From an uncultured ANME-1 euryarchaeote (lineage in GTDB: Archaea; Halobacteriota; Syntropharchaeia; Alkanophagales; Methanospirareceae): a stretch of 43,166 bases of DNA. Position numbers and translations under genes: made by a program. This document shows positions 35,571 to 43,166 of the stretch, one piece after another; position 1 is the stretch's first letter, and the number at the start of each line of letters is the position of its first letter. The stretch spans positions 1-43,166 of the forward strand of contig CBDAFQ010000159.1 of the NCBI GenBank assembly GCA_965195275.1, written 5' to 3'. The notes beneath the pieces are model-generated. The model made no database searches, had not been told where the DNA came from, and was given only the letters and a program-made list of their open reading frames with translations.

Positions 35571-37154
35571 ATGGTAAGGTATTCTATCAAGAAGACTTAC
35601 GGAACGAGAAAATTAAAGAAATTGCTTAACGTGTATTACGAAGGCGAAGTGCTCGACAATTTAGTTAGCGAATTGTATCCTCTGCTCAATAGCGTAGGCT
35701 ATGAAGCCTTAGAGAGGATCGTAGGTCTTTGTAACCAGATCGCAGGGGATCCTAGTGTACGAACAGCAGTTACTCTACTTGAAGAGAGCCCGGAGCTCGT
35801 TGAGAAATTGCTATTGTATGGCGATACAGATTTAGTCATGAATGTTTATGCTCTTTGCAGTCAAGTAGCCCGGTATGGCGAGGGTACTGCTATCCGGTTG
35901 CTTGAGCAGAGCCCGGAACTAATAGCAAGAGTAGGCTATGACGGTTTAGAGAAGATCGCAGGACTAAGTAGTCAGGTAGCCCAAGCAGACAGTTTCGTCG
36001 CTGCTAAGTTACTTGGGATAAGTCCGGAGCTAATAGATCGAGTAGGCTATGACGGTTTAGAGAAGCTAGCAGCTCTTTGTAGTAGTGTCGCCAAGGATCG
36101 CCGATTTGTTACTGCCCTGCTTGAGATGACCCCGGAACTCATAGATAAAGTAGGTATTGACCTTTTAGAGAAGGTGGCAGAACTGTGTAGTCAAGTCGCG
36201 GGGTATAGTAGTAGAACTGCGGTACGGTTGCTTGGGCAGAGTCCGGAACTAATAGATCGAGTGGGCTATGATGCATTAGCGAAGGTAGTCAGACTTTGTA
36301 GTCAGGTAGCGGAAGAGGATAGTTTTGTGGCTGCCCGGTTGCTTGAGATGAGTTTCGGACTCATTGAAAAAGTCAGTCCTGATTGTTTAGGTAACCTGGC
36401 AGAACTTTGCTGTCTGGTAAACAGGGATGATAGTTTTATCGCGGCTCGGGTGTTTGATGGTAGTCCGGAACTCATTGCGAGATTAAACCGGTATGGCGAT
36501 ACGGAATTAGTTACGAGCGTTTACGGTCTTTGCAGTCAGGTAGCCCGGGATTATAATTGGCGAACTGCGGTCAGGTTGCTTGGGTTAAGTCCCGACATCA
36601 TTGAGCGATTGCTACGGTATGGCGATAAAGAGTTAGTGCTGAATGTTTATGGGCTTTGCAGCCAGGTAGCCCGGTATAGCGTGCGAACCGCAGTTAGTTT
36701 GCTTGAGGTGAGTCCTGACCTCATAGGTAGAGCGAGTTATGATGGTTTAGAGAAGGTAGCATATAAGGCATCAGAAATAGCAAGGGTGAAAGGCGAAGAG
36801 AAAGCAACTTCTTTCGTGCGTGGTGAGTCGTCCGAATATGCTGACTTCTTTGAGGCTATCACAGAAGGTCTTGAACTGAAGAGAGTGAAACCCATTCTGT
36901 TACATTATCTGAATGCGTTGTTGGGCTACCGAATCGAGATTGTGGAAGCCAATGGGGCCACGACAGACGGTGAGCGGATCTTTCTGCCGGTGAGAATAAA
37001 AGAGTTCGAGGAAGAAGATAGGAATTTTATCATGTACAAAGTTATGGCGACACATGAAGAAGCGCATCTGGAATATGGCAGTTTTGATTTCGAGCTGATG
37101 CGGGTTCAGGATGTTGCGAGTAGGATAAAGAGGAAGTATGGTGAGTGCAAATGA
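35571..37154 (+). CDS. repeat-array protein carrying the N-terminal segment of a NorD/CbbO-like protein
   Basis: About ten 38-aa helical repeats (SPELI.RVGYDGLEK.A.LCSQVA....F.AA.LLE.). These are followed by TDGERIFLPVRIKEFEEEDRNFIMYKVMATHEEAHLEYGSF, resembling the N-terminal region of NorD/CbbO. The stop overlaps the next ATG (ATGA). Confidence 0.7.
   Translation: MVRYSIKKTYGTRKLKKLLNVYYEGEVLDNLVSELYPLLNSVGYEALERIVGLCNQIAGDPSVRTAVTLLEESPELVEKLLLYGDTDLVMNVYALCSQVARYGEGTAIRLLEQSPELIARVGYDGLEKIAGLSSQVAQADSFVAAKLLGISPELIDRVGYDGLEKLAALCSSVAKDRRFVTALLEMTPELIDKVGIDLLEKVAELCSQVAGYSSRTAVRLLGQSPELIDRVGYDALAKVVRLCSQVAEEDSFVAARLLEMSFGLIEKVSPDCLGNLAELCCLVNRDDSFIAARVFDGSPELIARLNRYGDTELVTSVYGLCSQVARDYNWRTAVRLLGLSPDIIERLLRYGDKELVLNVYGLCSQVARYSVRTAVSLLEVSPDLIGRASYDGLEKVAYKASEIARVKGEEKATSFVRGESSEYADFFEAITEGLELKRVKPILLHYLNALLGYRIEIVEANGATTDGERIFLPVRIKEFEEEDRNFIMYKVMATHEEAHLEYGSFDFELMRVQDVASRIKRKYGECK
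35682..36800. repeat. tandem 114-nt (38-aa) coding repeats, about 10 units
   Basis: Units are recognisable at DNA level, e.g. gagtaggctatgacggtttagagaag occurs twice (around 35929 and 36043). Confidence 0.8.
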
Positions 37155-38767
37155 AGAATGGAAGTGGCGATAGTGACCTAGAACATTTCTATGCTCTCTT
37201 TCCCGAACCGGAATTAGCGAAGGATCTTATAACATTACTTGAAGATTACAGAATCAATTCACGGCTAAAGGCTGAATATCCCGTTCTTGGCGTACAAATA
37301 GCGCAAATGGACGTTCATACGGTATCTAAAAGACCTTCTCTTAACGAATTAGCTAATGATAAACAGAGGGTGGTAGAGCTTATAGCACAACGGTTAAGTG
37401 CCAGAACGACAAAAGAGCAAGTCCCGGGAAATTTACTGCAAACACTTGAGCAAGCTTTATTAGTATGCCAAACATTATCTTCGTCACATGCGGATATACA
37501 CGAAACTGCAAGGGTGGCCGCGGAATTATATTTCTTGATCGATGACCATTTTCAAGGTCCCTATCACAAAATGGATCCTTTTTCTGCTCCTTTAGATCAA
37601 TCGCAAGTGAATCAAAACATAGGCAATTTCTGTAGAACAGCGCGAAAAATTAGCGAGAATATAGATTGCGAAACAGACAAAAGCCCACCGGGCGATGCTA
37701 AAAAAGCAAATGACTTTGGCGGCGTGCCATCTGAAGATACAATAAGAGAACTGCTAAGAGCATTGTACAAAGAGAAAGGAATCAAACCCAAGGCGGTTGA
37801 GTCACGAATTGATGCGCTTGAGCCGAACAAAGTGCAGGATTATTTAATAGACCTTGAAACATTAATTACGGCTGAAAACGGACTTCAAAGCGAACGAGAT
37901 ACTTATTTATATCCGGAATGGGGTATTGATATTAACGATTATAGGTTAAATTGGTCGCGGATAAGAGAGCGGATTTTGGAGGGTGAGTCAGACGAATTCT
38001 ATCAGGATACAATCCAGAAGTATGCGGGACAGATAAAGATAATCAGGCGGGAATTCCAGATGCTCAGACCAGAAGGTTTAGTAAAATTACGGGGGCAATT
38101 TGATGGCGATGATATTGATCTGGATGCAACGGTTCAATATTTTATTGATAAGCGACTGAGGCTCTCACCATCCGAAAGGAACTATGTACGAACCGAAAAC
38201 AGAACACGCGATATAGCCGTTGCATTTCTCGTTGATATGAGTGGCAGTACGGTGGGCTCAACAATATTGTGTGAAAAGGAAGCTTTGATTTTAATGTCGG
38301 AAGCATTGAAGGAATTAGGCGATGCTTTTGCTATTTACGGGTTCTCGGGGTATGGACGCGATAATGTGGTCTTTTTTTTAATCAAAGATTTTGAGGACTC
38401 TTATGACCTGCGAGTGCAGTGCAAAATATCTACAATGACGAATAAACAGTCTACCAGAATTGCACCTGCTATCAGACATGCCACAACGAAATTAAGAAGA
38501 AGAGAAGAGAGGACAAGGATGCTCATTCTGTTGAGTGACGGTAAGCCGTTAGACCGGGATTATTATGGTAATTACGCGATTGAAGACACGAGAATGGCAT
38601 TGAAGGAGGCGCAACGATATGGGATCAAGTCGTTTTGTATTACTGTTGATCGTGAGGCAGCGGAGTATTTGCCACGAATGTATGCCGATAGCAGATGGGT
38701 TGTGATAGATGATGTCCTGAAACTGCCGGCTAAAATAACGAGAATATATAAGCGGTTTACGACGTGA
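37151..38767 (+). CDS. NorD/CbbO-like protein, C-terminal part with von Willebrand factor A domain (MIDAS)
   Basis: LITLLEDYRINSRLKAEYPVLG (NorD-like LED.R motif). VWA MIDAS AFLVDMSGST, then ILLSDGKP and ITVD. ATG 37151 is preferred over the tracked GTG 37145. Confidence 0.8.
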   Translation: MKNGSGDSDLEHFYALFPEPELAKDLITLLEDYRINSRLKAEYPVLGVQIAQMDVHTVSKRPSLNELANDKQRVVELIAQRLSARTTKEQVPGNLLQTLEQALLVCQTLSSSHADIHETARVAAELYFLIDDHFQGPYHKMDPFSAPLDQSQVNQNIGNFCRTARKISENIDCETDKSPPGDAKKANDFGGVPSEDTIRELLRALYKEKGIKPKAVESRIDALEPNKVQDYLIDLETLITAENGLQSERDTYLYPEWGIDINDYRLNWSRIRERILEGESDEFYQDTIQKYAGQIKIIRREFQMLRPEGLVKLRGQFDGDDIDLDATVQYFIDKRLRLSPSERNYVRTENRTRDIAVAFLVDMSGSTVGSTILCEKEALILMSEALKELGDAFAIYGFSGYGRDNVVFFLIKDFEDSYDLRVQCKISTMTNKQSTRIAPAIRHATTKLRRREERTRMLILLSDGKPLDRDYYGNYAIEDTRMALKEAQRYGIKSFCITVDREAAEYLPRMYADSRWVVIDDVLKLPAKITRIYKRFTT

Positions 38768-38769
38768 TA

Positions 38770-39115
38770 AGGGTTAGGGTTTAGGCACTGTCGAATATTC
38801 CAGCTTGTTGACAAGAAGTTTCATCGCGGATTGCCCTTGCGGCTACCCCATCCATTCGGGGTAATCCTACTTCGGAACACGCAGGGGGTAACGTTTGCGT
38901 GGTAAGCTCGCAGGACAACGTGGAAAACCTAAAAGTCCGGTTTAGATCAACTGCAAGGATAAAAAACACCATGAAGAGCGTAATGCGAACCATTGTAAGA
39001 GTTGTAAATTCGAATAAGCGAAATTGGGATGATACGCGTAGACCAAAATTTGCCCTAACTCGAAAGGGTTATGCAATGCTTGAGCGTCTGCTATTTAACC
39101 ACACGGCGCAGCATC
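38770..39115 (+). ncRNA. candidate structured non-coding RNA of unknown family (strand and ends uncertain)
   Basis: 352-nt spacer between convergent genes with no credible ORF, locally GC- and purine-enriched. Three-way junction at 38828-38867 (GGATT[GCC-CTTGC-GGC][ACCCC-ATCCATTC-GGGGT]AATCC). Hairpins at 38878-38901 and 38929-38945. Possible closing helix 38773-38780 with 39052-39059. Confidence 0.35.
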
Positions 39116-39119
39116 CTCG

Positions 39120-39740
39120 TCACTCGATATTTTTATGCCTTTCCAATTCATTAATAACGACTTTTGCTATTTCATCAGCCAAATGCTTTTCGTATGCCTT
39201 AAGCGAGATAATCCCCCTTGTGCTATCAATCTTATTTATCTTGCTCCGCATCCACAAGCCCTCTTCCGATTCGGCCATGATCATGACAACGGGATCTTCT
39301 TTAGTACGCCATGAGATATTGCCATTTGAGGAATAGAATGAGAAAGCCGTCAAATTTGCAGTGGCGTAAAACGGCATATAAGATACATCCCGCTCGGAAA
39401 GGTCAACTACAAGTACCTGTGCATCGTAGCTATCCGTGAGTTCGTCATCTTGAAGTATTTCCGCACATACACACTCTGCTCCGAGTTCATTAAGCATAGA
39501 AATCAGTGTTTTATTCAGTTCGTTGACTATGCCATCATCACCATTTGCACTTACAATAAAGACATAAAACCCGTCAGTCAAATTAATTGCCGCTTCCCCC
39601 CTCACAAGAGATGCTGTTTTGATGTCTCCAGTTGTTTCTGATCTTGATTCATTAAAATCTAAGCAGACAAAAGCAATAACTACCGATACTAAAACAAAAG
39701 CAAGAATTAATAATGCTGTTCGCTTATTCATTTTGTCCAC
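39120..39740 (-). CDS. hypothetical membrane-anchored exported protein
   Basis: 206 aa with N-terminal TM anchor ALLILAFVLVSVVIAFVCL. Starts 4 nt downstream of the preceding lipoprotein gene. Confidence 0.55.
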   Translation of the reverse strand: MDKMNKRTALLILAFVLVSVVIAFVCLDFNESRSETTGDIKTASLVRGEAAINLTDGFYVFIVSANGDDGIVNELNKTLISMLNELGAECVCAEILQDDELTDSYDAQVLVVDLSERDVSYMPFYATANLTAFSFYSSNGNISWRTKEDPVVMIMAESEEGLWMRSKINKIDSTRGIISLKAYEKHLADEIAKVVINELERHKNIE

Positions 39741-39744
39741 CCCC

Positions 39745-40476
39745 TCACAATTTCTTTATTATCTCTTCTGAGAAGCTTTCATCACATGATCCCTTTGCGC
39801 CCTGTTCGCTAAAGATCACCCTGATAGTCTGTCCTTTGGATATTCCTATTTCATTTGATGGTACTCGTATCACAATAAACTTTTCTGATACGCCAATATA
39901 ATCGGGATCGGTATTAAATTCCTTTTCAAACATGTTAAAAAAGTCAAAGCGGTTTTCTTCTGCATCGTAAGTCTCTAGCCAATACATTACAGAATAGTCA
40001 CCGGATAAGGACGTTTTTATCAATACCGTTAACTTCTTATCAAAACCCGCAAGATTAGTAAAGAATTCCTCGCCACCGGTGCTTTTGTTGTTATCAATAT
40101 CAATATAAATTGTCCCAATCGCACCACCTGGTGCTTTATTCTCCCTATTTCTTTTGAAATAGTCATCTAAGGGGTCAGCCAACTCTATTGAAATATATAA
40201 ATCATCTGGACTACCTATCATTTTAATCGCTTTAACATCATAATGGTATGACTTTATAACCTTCTGCACTCCATTCTCTGTTAATGTTACGTTCTCGAAG
40301 ATGTCTATATCTTCAACATCTTCAGGAATGAAAATAGGAATATTTCGCCATTCTTCTGCTTTACCGTCTATCAGTGCTGTTTCTTTTTCAGTTTGCTCAA
40401 TGCATCCGCACAAAAAGACGAAACTTAGCACAATGATAAATAACAAGCTTAAAATTGTTATATTCTCTTTTGTCAT
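39745..40476 (-). CDS. hypothetical lipoprotein-like exported protein
   Basis: 243 aa with a signal peptide ending in the lipobox-like FLCGC. IDGKAEEW is reminiscent of CBM9/DOMON-like domain starts, but this is weak. Confidence 0.55.
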   Translation of the reverse strand: MTKENITILSLLFIIVLSFVFLCGCIEQTEKETALIDGKAEEWRNIPIFIPEDVEDIDIFENVTLTENGVQKVIKSYHYDVKAIKMIGSPDDLYISIELADPLDDYFKRNRENKAPGGAIGTIYIDIDNNKSTGGEEFFTNLAGFDKKLTVLIKTSLSGDYSVMYWLETYDAEENRFDFFNMFEKEFNTDPDYIGVSEKFIVIRVPSNEIGISKGQTIRVIFSEQGAKGSCDESFSEEIIKKL

Positions 40477-40555
40477 GATAATCGCCCCCCGTCTAAAAAT
40501 TTATGTCTATTACAGTCTCCTCCTTCTCTTTTAATATTTTAAATCCGTTAACAAA

Positions 40556-42609
<2,054 letters not shown>

Positions 42610-42627
42610 TAATTCACGATTTTGCGT

Positions 42628-42816
42628 TTAATTCCAGCCGATACGCTTTAATAATTCGCCTGTCTCTATATCTAATAGCTTACCTGGGCGTTTCTCAGAA
42701 GAATACTTGGTCAGATACTCTTCCACATCTTCTAAACGGTCAAAAGGCCACCTGACCCGAAGCCGGCCACACCTATTTGCCGTTTCCACAACGAACCGCT
42801 TTTCCTCGGTCGCCAT
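42628..42816 (-). CDS. hypothetical small protein
   Basis: 62-aa ORF with no recognised family. Lies between the tRNA and the IS remnant. Confidence 0.3.
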   Translation of the reverse strand: MATEEKRFVVETANRCGRLRVRWPFDRLEDVEEYLTKYSSEKRPGKLLDIETGELLKRIGWN

Positions 42817-42895
42817 TTATATACCCTCATTCAAGCACTTTTTCGCAACTGAATATATAGTTGCTACAATAAAGAATTTCTCTCCTATTTCTTTC

Positions 42896-43166
42896 TCAGT
42901 CAGCATCTCTCAACGTATTCACTAAGGGTTCAACCTTCCACCACCCGGGATAAAGAGGCAGTCCCATAATTGACTTTAATTCGTACTATAGTTGGTATAT
43001 ACTTAAGTCTTCTTCGATTAAGTCAGCTATAGTCGGGGGAAATAGCCAATTTTGGTTGCGGAGTTTTTTTTTATGAACAAATGTACATGATCCTCATTCA
43101 TTGTCATATCAATAATCTCAATATCGAGCTCTTTACAAGTTTCACGAATGATTTCTTCCGCCGCTC
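42896..43166 (-). pseudogene. IS200/IS605-family Y1 transposase (TnpA) remnant, frameshifted; N-terminus beyond the window edge
   Basis: Minus-strand translation from the window edge gives AAEEIIRETCKELDIEIIDMTMNEDHVHLFI, matching the TnpA core around the HuH-region DHVHLL. The frame breaks at an A9 run (plus-strand T9, 43065-43073). Downstream pieces (FPPTIADLIEEDL..., then a stop) are only weakly TnpA-like. Confidence 0.55.

Noticed and set aside
38771-38785. Telomere-like GGGTTAGGGTTTAGG string.
   Set aside because: It is a single short occurrence in a prokaryotic context. It is more plausibly one strand of a helix (pairs with GCCCTAAC at 39052).
38770-39115. Assignment of the structured spacer as RNase P RNA, SRP RNA or 5S-like RNA.
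   Set aside because: AAAGTCCGG sits in the loop of a local hairpin and has no CCGG-containing P4 partner downstream. RNase P-like strings occur in the wrong order, and no ACAGAA-type CR-V is present. There is no SRP helix-8 GGAA/AGCA motif. The 5S-like stretch (ACCCCATCC…GGAACACG) lacks helix I. I therefore left the RNA unclassified.
38781-39336. ORFs 38781-38993 (minus strand) and 38899-39336 (plus strand) in or overlapping the structured spacer.
   Set aside because: The plus-strand ORF runs antisense into a credible gene, both lack RBS context, and the translations look random.

Overview
Archaeal chromosomal window, roughly low-40s % GC by eye. It comes from a methane-metabolising euryarchaeon; a Methanosarcinales/ANME-like origin is my inference only. 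Core content: a complete mtrEDCBAFGH operon, divergently paired with three methanogenesis-marker genes (mmp3-mmp17-mmp7 by size, order and McrC-like motif). Also an isolated r-protein block L19e-L18-S5-L30, GGGP synthase, purL, secF, an MJ0107-type DHPS-like gene, queC, larA and gyrB. NikR sits beside a TroA/Znu-type metal ABC operon that has an OGG1-type glycosylase wedged between its ATPase and permease genes. There is one tRNA-Leu(CAG). Envelope genes include tandem paralogous secreted proteins (one with PGF-CTERM), a NosD-like beta-helix protein and a PEGA x3 + lamin-tail protein. Accessory or decayed content: a GC-rich, 5'-truncated LamG gene, an FrhB-family pseudogene with an in-frame TGA, an IS200-type tnpA remnant, and two copies of a small palindromic MITE-like repeat. 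A 352-nt convergent spacer looks like a structured RNA that I could not classify. The most unusual locus is 33.1-38.8 kb. It holds a CbbQ/NorQ-type AAA+ ATPase whose NorD/CbbO-like VWA partner is split into two ATGA-coupled ORFs and carries about ten 38-aa helical repeats. Thioredoxin-like, small-membrane and HEPN (Rx4H) genes lie between ATPase and partner. All family calls rest on motifs read by eye; no database search was possible.
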